Source: an uncultured Clostridia bacterium (GTDB taxonomy: Bacteria > Bacillota > Clostridia > TANB77 > CAG-508). From it: a stretch of DNA of 42,742 bases. Every line of letters begins with the position of its first letter. The first letter of the stretch is position 1. Of the stretch, positions 34,547 through 42,742 are shown in pieces. Location of the stretch: assembly GCA_934167685.1 (NCBI GenBank), contig CAKPLQ010000004.1, positions 1 through 42,742 on the forward strand, in the 5' to 3' direction. The notes under the pieces were generated by a model. That model saw nothing but the letters and a program-made list of their open reading frames with translations, was not told the DNA's origin and ran no database searches. A program made the position numbers and the translations under genes.

Positions 34547-34590
34547 GCAATAAATTTTATAGAAACAATTGAATAAGCAATAAATTTTAT
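34547..34590 (+). repeat. Direct repeat GCAATAAATTTTAT x2 (30-nt period) upstream of the toxin-antitoxin-like pair
   Basis: Identical 14-mers at 34547-34560 and 34577-34590, immediately before the AAGGAGG at 34599. Confidence 0.6.
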
Positions 34591-34682
34591 GTTAAAATAA
34601 GGAGGAAAAGAGATTGAACAAAAATTTACTAGATATTGAAGTTATAAGAGGATTTGTAACAAAAAGAAAAGTTGACTAGACG

Positions 34683-34940
34683 ATGCATTGTTTGAATAGA
34701 TTAAATCAAAGAAATATATCAATATTAGATGTAAAAAATGCTATTCAAAATGGTAGAATAATAGAATATTATTATGATGATTATCCATATCCAAGTTGCT
34801 TAATATTAGGGTATAACATAAATTATAAGAAAATACATATTGTATGTGGAATAAGCTCAGATACAGTCCATATGATTACAGCATATTATCCAGATACAAA
34901 TTATTGGGAAAAGGATATGAAAACGAGGAGGGAAAAATAA
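34683..34940 (+). CDS. DUF4258-family toxin-like protein (possibly a nonsense-interrupted longer gene starting at TTG 34614)
   Basis: HCLNRLNQRNISILDVKNAI...HIVCG...ITAYYPD pattern. The ATG at 34683 has no RBS, whereas AAGGAGG precedes an in-frame TTG at 34614 that is separated by a TAG at 34677. Confidence 0.6.
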   Translation: MHCLNRLNQRNISILDVKNAIQNGRIIEYYYDDYPYPSCLILGYNINYKKIHIVCGISSDTVHMITAYYPDTNYWEKDMKTRREK

Positions 34941-35170
34941 TGAAATGTTTTATGTGTGATGGAGATTTAGAAGAGAAAAAGGTGAATTATGTAGTTGATT
35001 TAGAAGAAACGATTATCATTATTAAAGGTGTACCAGCAAAAGTTTGCCCACAATGTGGTGAACAGTATTTTGATGATAAAACATCAGAAAACATTGAAAG
35101 AATTGTAAATCAATTGAAACAGTTGGCAACGGAAGTGACAATTGTTAATTATACTGAAAAAGTTGCATAA
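34940..35170 (+). CDS. YgiT-type zinc-finger protein (MqsA-like antitoxin N-domain)
   Basis: MKCFMCDG...VCPQCGEQYF double CxxC. The start overlaps the upstream stop (TAATG); GGAGGG RBS. Confidence 0.75.
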   Translation: MKCFMCDGDLEEKKVNYVVDLEETIIIIKGVPAKVCPQCGEQYFDDKTSENIERIVNQLKQLATEVTIVNYTEKVA

Positions 35171-35442
35171 TCTCCTGTTAAATTTTGTATAAAAATTACA
35201 ACCTTGGTAATAATATGAAAAACGGAAGGTTGTGAGAGGTTGAAAAATAATTACAATTTTGGCTACTTCAAATTTCATTTAAAACGCGGTTACATACACC
35301 ACGTATGCGCCCTTGCCTTTTAAATAAAATTTTCAGCTCTGCATACTGAGGCTGTAACAAGCAAGCTTTAACAGCCTCAGTGATTGCCAAAATTTAATTC
35401 TTTTCCAACCTGGTTCGTGCCTTGAGAAAGGAATGAATAAAA

Positions 35443-36051
35443 ATGAAAAATACAGGAAAAATCATAATTATAAGTATAGTATTAGCAATATGTGCAGGGG
35501 TTGCAACATATTTTATAGTAAAGCAAAATAAAAAAAGTGAAATAATACCAGAAACGAATACGTATATATCAGAAAAAATAGAAGACGAATGCACAGAAGA
35601 ATACAAAGAAGAACAAGGACAAGAAAATACAACAGTAGTATCTTCAACAGAAGAGAAGGTAGCAGCAAATGCGATATTGATATTAAAAAAATATTATACC
35701 AAATGTGACCATACAATAAATGAATATGTAGAATTGCCACAAGAATTGGTAAATTTAACGAAAGAACAAGTTCAAGAAAAATATAAAGATTGGCAAGTAA
35801 TTGGATTTGAAAAAGGAAAAGTAACATTATATAAAGAATTTGACGATGTATGTGGGGAACATTTTAAATTAAAAATAGAAAATGGAAAAGTTGTTGTATA
35901 TACTGTAAATAATGATGGAACAGAAACCCTTTATGAAAAAACAAATATTTCAAGTGAATATCTTACAGAAACAGACTTACTTAATATGCAAGATGGATTA
36001 GAGATATACGGAAAAGAAGAATTAAATCAAGTTATTGAAGATTTTGAGTAA
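35443..36051 (+). CDS. Membrane-anchored protein with a BofC C-terminal-like domain
   Basis: N-terminal TM helix. C-terminal KIENGKVVVYTVNNDGTETLYEKTNIS...LQDGLEIYGKEEL resembles the BofC_C pattern (from recall). Confidence 0.5.
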   Translation: MKNTGKIIIISIVLAICAGVATYFIVKQNKKSEIIPETNTYISEKIEDECTEEYKEEQGQENTTVVSSTEEKVAANAILILKKYYTKCDHTINEYVELPQELVNLTKEQVQEKYKDWQVIGFEKGKVTLYKEFDDVCGEHFKLKIENGKVVVYTVNNDGTETLYEKTNISSEYLTETDLLNMQDGLEIYGKEELNQVIEDFE

Positions 36052-36108
36052 TAAATTAAAGACAAGCCACATAAAATTTAACTAAAGAGATAAACGAGGA
36101 GGAAAATT

Positions 36109-38709
36109 ATGTGGGAAACTTTAAGAAAAGAAGATATTTTACAGAAACTAAGGACAAAGCAAGGTGTAGGATTATCGCAACGAGAGGTACTTGTAAGAAA
36201 ACAGAAATATGGGAGTAACAAATTAGAAGAAAAAAAGAAAGAAACACTATTAGTAAAATTTATAAAACAATTTAATGATTTTATGATTATTATTTTAATA
36301 ATAGCATCAATTTTATCAGCTGTTACCTCATATTTTCAAGGTGAAAATGATTATGTTGATTCAATAATTATTATTGCTATTGTAGTATTTAATGCACTTA
36401 TGGGAGTAATTCAAGAAGCAAAGGCTGAGAAATCAATTGAGGCATTAAAGCAAATGACTCCACCTAAAGCTAAAGTTATAAGAGATGGACGAGTACAAGA
36501 AATTAATGCAGAAGAGTTAGTACCAGGAGACATTGTTGAATTAGAAGCGGGAATTTATGTGCCAGCAGATTGTAGATTATTAGAAAGCCATAATTTAAAA
36601 ATAGAGGAATCAAGTTTGACAGGAGAAACAGAGCCTGTTCTGAAAAATGCAGATATGATAGCACAAAATGATGTGCCATTAGGAGACATGTTAAATATGG
36701 CATTTATGGCAAGTATTGTGGTAAATGGCCATGGGAAAGCAGTAGTAACTGAAACTGGAATGAATACACGAGTAGGCAAAATTGCAAATATGATTATGGA
36801 AGACGAAATACCTGAAACACCAATCCAGAAGAAGTTAGCACAAGTTGGAAAAACACTAGGAATAGTATGTTTGGCGATTTGTGCACTTATATTTTTTATA
36901 GGAATGATAAAACATATTTACCCAATAGAGATGTTTATGACTTCAGTGGGATTGGCAGTTGCGGCTATACCAGAGGGATTGCCTGCAATTGTAACAATTA
37001 TGCTCTCAATTGGTGTAAGTAAAATGGCTAAAAATAACAGCATTATAAGAAAGTTGCCAGCAGTAGAAACTTTAGGATGTAGTAATGTTATTTGTTCAGA
37101 TAAAACAGGGACATTAACTCAAAATAAGATGACAGTTGTAGAGATAAAGGCCAAAGATACAATATTAGCAAGTAAATTTGCAACAATGTGTACTGATAGT
37201 AATATTATTCATCAAAATGGACAAACAAAAGTAAATGGAGAGCCTACGGAAATTGCCTTGGTACAGAATGGACTTAAACATAATTTAAATAAAAATGATT
37301 TATATAAGGAAATGCCACGAGTGGCAGAAATTCCATTTGATTCTAATAGAAAAATGATGACAACAATACATAAAAATGGAGGTAGATATCTGGTTATAAC
37401 TAAAGGTGCTCCAGATATATTGCTTAATAAATGTAATTTAATGAGTATGGAAAAACGTAGAATAGAGATTGAAAATCAGCAAATGGCTGAAAAGGCCTTA
37501 AGAGTAATTGCAGTAGCATATAAAGAAATTGATAATTTACCTAGAAGTTTAGAAATGAATTTATTAGAAGATGGGTTGAATTTTGTTGGATTAATTGGGA
37601 TGATAGACCCTCCTAGAGATGGTGTAAAAGAAGCGGTACGAACTTGTAAAAAGGCAGGGATAAAAACTGTAATGATTACAGGTGACCATATTGCAACTGC
37701 TAAAGCAATTGCGAAAGAGTTAAATATTTTATCGCCACATGATAAAGCAATAACAGGAAAAGAACTTGACAAAATTTCTCAAGAACAATTAGTAAAAGAT
37801 ATTAAAGATTATTCAGTATTTGCAAGGGTAACTCCTGAACATAAGGTCAGAATTGTAAAGGCATGGCAAAGTGCAGGAAATGTAGTCGCTATGACAGGCG
37901 ATGGTGTAAATGATAGTCCGGCATTAAAATGTGCAGATATAGGAATTGCAATGGGAAAAAACGGTACTGATGTTGCTAAAAATGCTTCTGATATGATACT
38001 TGCAGATGACAATTTTGTTACAATTGTAAAAGCAGTAAAACAGGGGAGAAATATATATGATAATATCAAAAAGGCTATTCACTTTTTGATTGCAACAAAT
38101 ATAGGTGAGATAGTAACTGTATTTATGGGACTGGTTCTAGGGTTAAAATCACCATTATTAGCAATTCAATTATTATGGATAAATTTGGTTACAGATTCTT
38201 TGCCTGCAATTGCAATTGGCTTAGAACCACCTGAAAAAGATATCATGAAAAGACCTCCTGTAGATAATAAAAAAGGTATTTTTGCAGATGGTCTATGGAA
38301 TAAAATTGTTATTGAAGGAATCATGTTAGGAATTTTAACACTTGTTGCATTTGGAATAGGAAATAAATATTATGATTTAGAAGTAGCAAGAACAATGGCT
38401 TTTGTTTCTTTAGGATTATTAGAACTTGTCCACAGTTTTAATATAAAAAGTGAACAGTCTATATTTCAAATTGGGTTATTTGAGAATAAGTATTTGATTG
38501 GAAGTTTTGTGTTAGGTGCTATAGTTCAGACTATTGTTGTGTTTGTTCCAACATTAGCAGATGTGTTTAAGTTAGTTCCATTGACTCAGACACAATGGTT
38601 TATTACAATTGCTATTTCGTTGCTACCAATAGTGATTGTTGAGTTACAAAAGAAGTTTTCTTCTATGAATTTGGTTAAAATTATTTATATGAGGAAACAA
38701 GAGGCGTAA
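36109..38709 (+). CDS. P2-type cation-transporting ATPase (Ca2+-ATPase-like)
   Basis: ICSDKTGTLTQN, IPEGLPA, MITGDH and MTGDGVNDSPALK motifs with ten-helix topology. Confidence 0.9.
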   Translation: MWETLRKEDILQKLRTKQGVGLSQREVLVRKQKYGSNKLEEKKKETLLVKFIKQFNDFMIIILIIASILSAVTSYFQGENDYVDSIIIIAIVVFNALMGVIQEAKAEKSIEALKQMTPPKAKVIRDGRVQEINAEELVPGDIVELEAGIYVPADCRLLESHNLKIEESSLTGETEPVLKNADMIAQNDVPLGDMLNMAFMASIVVNGHGKAVVTETGMNTRVGKIANMIMEDEIPETPIQKKLAQVGKTLGIVCLAICALIFFIGMIKHIYPIEMFMTSVGLAVAAIPEGLPAIVTIMLSIGVSKMAKNNSIIRKLPAVETLGCSNVICSDKTGTLTQNKMTVVEIKAKDTILASKFATMCTDSNIIHQNGQTKVNGEPTEIALVQNGLKHNLNKNDLYKEMPRVAEIPFDSNRKMMTTIHKNGGRYLVITKGAPDILLNKCNLMSMEKRRIEIENQQMAEKALRVIAVAYKEIDNLPRSLEMNLLEDGLNFVGLIGMIDPPRDGVKEAVRTCKKAGIKTVMITGDHIATAKAIAKELNILSPHDKAITGKELDKISQEQLVKDIKDYSVFARVTPEHKVRIVKAWQSAGNVVAMTGDGVNDSPALKCADIGIAMGKNGTDVAKNASDMILADDNFVTIVKAVKQGRNIYDNIKKAIHFLIATNIGEIVTVFMGLVLGLKSPLLAIQLLWINLVTDSLPAIAIGLEPPEKDIMKRPPVDNKKGIFADGLWNKIVIEGIMLGILTLVAFGIGNKYYDLEVARTMAFVSLGLLELVHSFNIKSEQSIFQIGLFENKYLIGSFVLGAIVQTIVVFVPTLADVFKLVPLTQTQWFITIAISLLPIVIVELQKKFSSMNLVKIIYMRKQEA

Positions 38710-38782
38710 TTAATTTATATATAGTGAGGCACGGCACATTTGTTTTAGAGAATTGATGGGCCGTGGCTTTTGAATTAAAACT

Positions 38783-39616
38783 TTATTTGACTTCTAATAA
38801 TTTTTTTTCTTTTTCTAATTGTTTTAGACTTTTTTCTGGAGTGGGTAAATCTTCTGGCATAGTGCCACCAAGTTCTTTTATTGTATTTCTTATTTTGGAA
38901 CCAACTTCATAATGTGTTTTATTAGCAGCTGATTCAGTTTGTATGTTATCTCGTTTTAATCTTGACTCAGTTTGTGTAATACGAAATAGATTTGCTGCAA
39001 GTTCTTCACTGCCCATATTATCTAAAATATCTTCTCTATATCGTAGATCTTTTCTTTTGGCTATATCGTCAGCAGTTTCGCCATTATATAATCCTTTATA
39101 TCCAGCGTTATGGAATTTATCAAAGTTTTTTACTCCTGCATTTTTGGCAGCCTGGTTAAGTGAATAGTTTCCTTTTCTTGTTAGATTTCTTTGGTAAAAT
39201 CTTTTTTCGTCCTCTGTTAACATACTGTATTCTTTTTCTGTAAGTTCTTGCTTTCTTGTTTGAATTGCAAAATATGTTTGGGCAAGAGCTATGACTTTTT
39301 TTCGGCTATCACCATTTTGAGCAATTAAGTAACAGGCATAGCGGGTTAGTTTGTAATCTTTAATTTCTTTTTCAGCTCCAGAGCCTATTGCCACCATCTT
39401 CCTGACATCAAGAAAATGGTCAAGATTACTTATATTGCTGTTTTCACAAGATTGTTTGGCCTTTCTTATTACTTTCTCGAAATTTTCCCATTTGTTATAT
39501 TCTAAAATCTTTTGTAATTCTCTAGCATACCAATATTCAACTCCATTTTCATCAATGTGCTTAATATTTTCAAAGTTTTCATTTGTATAACTTGAAGTTT
39601 TTTCTAATTGTTTCAT
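38783..39616 (-). CDS. dinD: DNA damage-inducible protein D
   Basis: ENGVEYWYARELQKILEYNKWENF...LTRYACYLIAQNGDSRK... matches the DinD pattern I recall; AAGGAGGTG RBS. Confidence 0.75.
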   Translation of the reverse strand: MKQLEKTSSYTNENFENIKHIDENGVEYWYARELQKILEYNKWENFEKVIRKAKQSCENSNISNLDHFLDVRKMVAIGSGAEKEIKDYKLTRYACYLIAQNGDSRKKVIALAQTYFAIQTRKQELTEKEYSMLTEDEKRFYQRNLTRKGNYSLNQAAKNAGVKNFDKFHNAGYKGLYNGETADDIAKRKDLRYREDILDNMGSEELAANLFRITQTESRLKRDNIQTESAANKTHYEVGSKIRNTIKELGGTMPEDLPTPEKSLKQLEKEKKLLEVK

Positions 39617-39685
39617 TTTTTCACCTCCTTTTTTATATTATTTATGATATTATACTACAGTTAAATAGAGATTACAATATAAGAG

Positions 39686-39699
39686 CGAAAAAAAGTTCG
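39686..39699. promoter_or_regulatory. Cheo/LexA-box-like palindrome upstream of dinD
   Basis: The minus strand reads CGAACTTTTTTTCG, one mismatch from CGAAC-N4-GTTCG. It lies 8 nt upstream of the dinD promoter TTGTAA(39677-39672)-17-TATAAT(39654-39649). Confidence 0.45.
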
Positions 39700-39790
39700 A
39701 AAAAATTATATTGACAAAAAAATAAAAAAATGTTACTTTATAAGAAGTGTAACTAATTATACTAAAAGATAAAAAGAAAGGGGAAAGAGT

Positions 39791-40357
39791 ATGAAAAAAT
39801 CAAGTATGGGAATAATCTGTATTGTTATAGTTTTAATCATTGTTGGTATAGCAATGGTTAGCAGCTATAATGGTATGGTGTCAAAACAAGAAGCAGTAGA
39901 AAGTTCATTATCAGATTTAGATGTAATGCTACAGAGAAGAGCAGATTTAATACCTAATTTAGTAAGTACAGTTAAAGGTTATACAAGTCATGAAACAGAA
40001 ATTATTGATAAGATAACAGAAGCAAGAAGTAATTTGGTAAATGCTAAGAGTGTAGAAGAAAAATCTAAAGCAAATGATGAATTATCTAAATCTTTAAATG
40101 CATTGATGGTAGTAGTAGAAAATTATCCAGATTTAAAATCATCTGACAATTTTAAACAATTATCAGATGAATTAGCAGGAACAGAAAATCGTATTGCTGT
40201 TGCAAGAAAAGATTATAACAGTGCTGTAAAAACATTTAACACAACAATTAAAAAGTTTCCTAACAATATGTTAGCTGGTATGTTTGGTTTTGAAAAAGGT
40301 ACATATTTTGAAGCCGACGAACAGAGTACGGAGGTGCCTAATGTTAATTTCGAATAA
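39791..40357 (+). CDS. lemA: LemA-family protein
   Basis: N-terminal TM helix, then YNGMVSKQEAVESSLSDLDVMLQRRADLIPNLV, a typical LemA signature. Confidence 0.88.
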   Translation: MKKSSMGIICIVIVLIIVGIAMVSSYNGMVSKQEAVESSLSDLDVMLQRRADLIPNLVSTVKGYTSHETEIIDKITEARSNLVNAKSVEEKSKANDELSKSLNALMVVVENYPDLKSSDNFKQLSDELAGTENRIAVARKDYNSAVKTFNTTIKKFPNNMLAGMFGFEKGTYFEADEQSTEVPNVNFE

Positions 40358-41309
40358 AAAGAAAATGACATTAAAAATTATAATTATGTTCATTATATTA
40401 ATTAATATTTTTAGTATAAGAACATTGGCTGTAGTAAATCCAACAACAGACTTTTATGTTAATGATTATGCTAATTTACTTAGCGAAGAAACAAAGAATT
40501 ATATTATTACAACAAATAAAAGTTTATATAATCAAACAGGAGCTCAAATTGTTGTTGTAACTGTGCCAAGCCTTGATGGAAATTCTTTAGAAGATTATGC
40601 GACTCAACTATTTAGAAAATTCGGAATAGGAGATAGCAGTAAGAATAATGGAGTACTTTTATTGCTAGCGTTAGAAGAACGACAATTTAGAATTGAAGTT
40701 GGTTACGGTCTAGAAGGGGCTTTACCAGATGGAAAAACAGGAAGAATACAAGATGAGTATATTATTCCATATTTAAAACAAAATAACTGGGATGATGGAA
40801 TAAAGAATGGATTTAGTGCAGTATTACAAGAGGTTGCAAATGAATACAATATAGAAGTTGGAGCTGAAGATGCAATAGCTGTAGCTAATAAGAGTAGTGA
40901 TGATGAAATGCTGATAGGTTTTGTTGCAATTCCATTTTTATCATTTGCAGTGGGAGTTTTATGTGGAAAATTTACAAAAAATAATAAACTAAAAATTGCT
41001 GGAGCTTTATATCTAATTGTAATAGCTGTTCTTTATAGTTTTATTTTAAATGGAGCAACTATAGTTGGAATAGGAACAGCTATAGTAAGCCAGATAATAA
41101 TGATTGTATTTTTTGTATTATTTAATTTTATTTGGTTTGTATCTGGAGCTAATATGCTTTCTAAAAAGCCACGAGGAAGAGGACACTATGGAGGAGGTTT
41201 CTTTGACGGAGGAAATGATTCTTTTGGAGGAGGTAGTAGCTCATTTGGAGGAGGTTCCTTTGGAGGAGGAGGTTCTTCTGGTGGAGGCGGAAGCTCAAGA
41301 GGATTTTAA
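40341..41309 (+). CDS. TPM-domain (YgcG-like) membrane protein with a Gly/Ser-rich tail
   Basis: FYVNDYANLLSEETKNYI...LLLLALEERQFRIEVGYGLEG TPM pattern. The GGAGG RBS precedes the ATG at 40341, overlapping the lemA end. Confidence 0.85.
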   Translation: MLISNKKKMTLKIIIMFIILINIFSIRTLAVVNPTTDFYVNDYANLLSEETKNYIITTNKSLYNQTGAQIVVVTVPSLDGNSLEDYATQLFRKFGIGDSSKNNGVLLLLALEERQFRIEVGYGLEGALPDGKTGRIQDEYIIPYLKQNNWDDGIKNGFSAVLQEVANEYNIEVGAEDAIAVANKSSDDEMLIGFVAIPFLSFAVGVLCGKFTKNNKLKIAGALYLIVIAVLYSFILNGATIVGIGTAIVSQIIMIVFFVLFNFIWFVSGANMLSKKPRGRGHYGGGFFDGGNDSFGGGSSSFGGGSFGGGGSSGGGGSSRGF

Positions 41310-41433
41310 TTTTTAAACAAGAAAGTGGAATTTTATTCCGCTTTCTTGTGCTTACAAAATATTTTTCTTTTCATTTGCTAAATACAATAAAGTATGGTAA
41401 AATTAACAAAATTGTAATTATATTGTAAGGGAG

Positions 41434-42642
41434 ATGCTAGATTTAATGAAGTGTTTGTTAATGAATAAAAATAGACCGATTGTGTTAATAGAATATAATA
41501 CGAAATATAACTCAATAGAAAAAGTATATGAAATTTATGATATTAAATATGCTCCGTTATCTGTATATAATGCATACACTAATAAAGCGCAAAACTTAAC
41601 TGAAGCAATCAACAAATGGTTTAGAAATAGAGGAATACCAGCATGGAGAAAAGATATTGAAAGACTATTAGAAAGATTAAATGTAGAAACAACAGAAGAA
41701 TTGATTAATAAAGCATATGCATTGGGGCTATCTGACCAGTATTGGATAAAAGAAGAAAAAAGTTCTATAAAGTGGTCTGACATAAATTTTTTTGAAAATG
41801 ATTTTAAATATAAAGGATACTTACAAGCATCTTTAAGCCAAGGAAAGTATAATAGCAAAATAGAACAGGCAGAGCTAATGTCACCCAATAATACAACAGA
41901 TGGAATGTTGCAAAAAGGCTGGATTATCGAAAACAATAAAAGAATATTAGTAAAAGGAACATATCAGGCAAGCAGAGAAGAGCCGATAAATGAATGGTTA
42001 GCTGCAGAAATATGTAAAAGGCTAGGATTTTTTCATTGTAATTACTGGATTGATATAGTTAATGATAATCTTGTGTCAAAATGTGAAGATTTCATTAATG
42101 AAGATGAAGAAATAATATCAGCATATGATATATATTATTTTGAAAAGAAATCTAATAGCATAAATGATTATCAACATTATATAAGTATTTTAGAAAATCA
42201 AGGAGTACCAAATGCAAGAGAGAATGTAGAAAATATGTTTATATTAGATTACTTAATAATGAATATAGATAGACATATGAAAAATTTTGGGGTAATTAGA
42301 GATGTAAATACTCTTGAGTGGGTAAGAACAACTCCAATATTTGATAATGGAGAGAGTATGCAATGTGAAAAACTTACTAATAATATTAACTTTTCTAATG
42401 GTAAAGGAAAATTTTTTAGTAATACAAATAAAGATTATGAAGAGATACTAAAAAGTATTGGGCATAATATATCTAGAATTGAGATAACTAAACTTGATGG
42501 TTTAGTTGAAGAATATAGAGAAAAATTAAAAAAGTATAAAGATTATACAGATAGTTCAGAAGAAAGAATAGATAAACTTTGTGAAGGATTGCAATATAGA
42601 ATAAATATGTTAAATAAAAAGATAAACGAGAGTATTTTTTAA
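41434..42642 (+). CDS. HipA-like serine/threonine kinase-fold protein (orphan)
   Basis: LIMNIDRHMKNFGVIRD (D-x-H-x-x-N catalytic-loop-like) and TPIFDNGES (Mg-binding DxG-like). The start is uncertain (41434, 41446 or 41461). Confidence 0.65.
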   Translation: MLDLMKCLLMNKNRPIVLIEYNTKYNSIEKVYEIYDIKYAPLSVYNAYTNKAQNLTEAINKWFRNRGIPAWRKDIERLLERLNVETTEELINKAYALGLSDQYWIKEEKSSIKWSDINFFENDFKYKGYLQASLSQGKYNSKIEQAELMSPNNTTDGMLQKGWIIENNKRILVKGTYQASREEPINEWLAAEICKRLGFFHCNYWIDIVNDNLVSKCEDFINEDEEIISAYDIYYFEKKSNSINDYQHYISILENQGVPNARENVENMFILDYLIMNIDRHMKNFGVIRDVNTLEWVRTTPIFDNGESMQCEKLTNNINFSNGKGKFFSNTNKDYEEILKSIGHNISRIEITKLDGLVEEYREKLKKYKDYTDSSEERIDKLCEGLQYRINMLNKKINESIF

Positions 42643-42742
42643 GTATTCTCGTTTTTGTATGTGAGAAAATTTAACTTTACACACAAACCAATAAAATAAA
42701 TTGAAAAAGTGTTGACTATAAATAGTAGAAATGATAAAGTAA

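Noticed and set aside
34677-34679. The in-frame TAG in the DUF4258 gene might indicate stop-codon reassignment or pyrrolysine decoding.
   Set aside because: TAG terminates several well-supported genes in this window at sensible lengths: NUDIX at 3806, the amidase at 11264, LysR at 14603, the 586-aa ORF at 18400, and malQ at 20318. No pyl genes are seen. A nonsense mutation or a shorter start is more likely.
41104-41316. A 70-aa ORF overlapping the 3' end of the TPM-domain gene.
   Set aside because: It is an alternative-frame reading of the GGA/GGT-rich Gly/Ser tail, with no RBS. The TPM frame is continuous and typical of YgcG-like proteins.

Overview
Low-GC, Firmicutes/Clostridia-like chromosomal window: strong GGAGG ribosome-binding sites, TTG/GTG starts, TAA and TAG both used as stops. 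I call about 47 protein genes and one tRNA-Pro(UGG). Most of it is housekeeping. That includes a GH13 amylase, malQ, an ArsR-type regulator with a P1B heavy-metal ATPase, radA-disA, cyclophilin, rpsT, rpiB, a WecA/TagO-like transferase, hslO, ppaC, an NlpC/P60 hydrolase, comEC, a P2-type cation ATPase, dinD, and lemA with a TPM-domain gene. I saw no CRISPR array, cas gene, integrase or transposase. The most unusual part is an accessory block at about 11.3-18.9 kb. It holds a minus-strand operon of a LysR regulator, a P-loop NTPase fused to a Csx3/Crn3-like domain, a 165-aa orphan and a stand-alone Csx3-like protein. That operon is flanked by two compositionally foreign (GC-richer) orphan genes. 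It faces a 212-aa orphan and a 586-aa multi-HTH protein that share a duplicated ~70-nt promoter region. I read this as a candidate CRISPR-independent Csx3-based system; the family assignment rests on motif recall and an internal alignment only. Other notable signals are a GC-rich tandem-hairpin repeat placed just 5' of the RBS of two unrelated genes (the metal ATPase and radA) and a degenerate long-palindrome repeat family in three intergenic regions. There is also a protein made of three RNA polymerase alpha-CTD-like repeats, a DUF4258/YgiT-type toxin-antitoxin-like pair, an orphan HipA-like kinase, and a Cheo-box-like site upstream of dinD. Four or five genes look interrupted by single-nucleotide frameshifts or an in-frame stop: an AgrC-like kinase, comEC, a small membrane protein, DUF4258, and possibly the 165-aa/Csx3-like pair. 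That pattern means either gene decay or homopolymer assembly errors, and it needs read-level checking. All family assignments come from motif recognition by eye; no searches were run.
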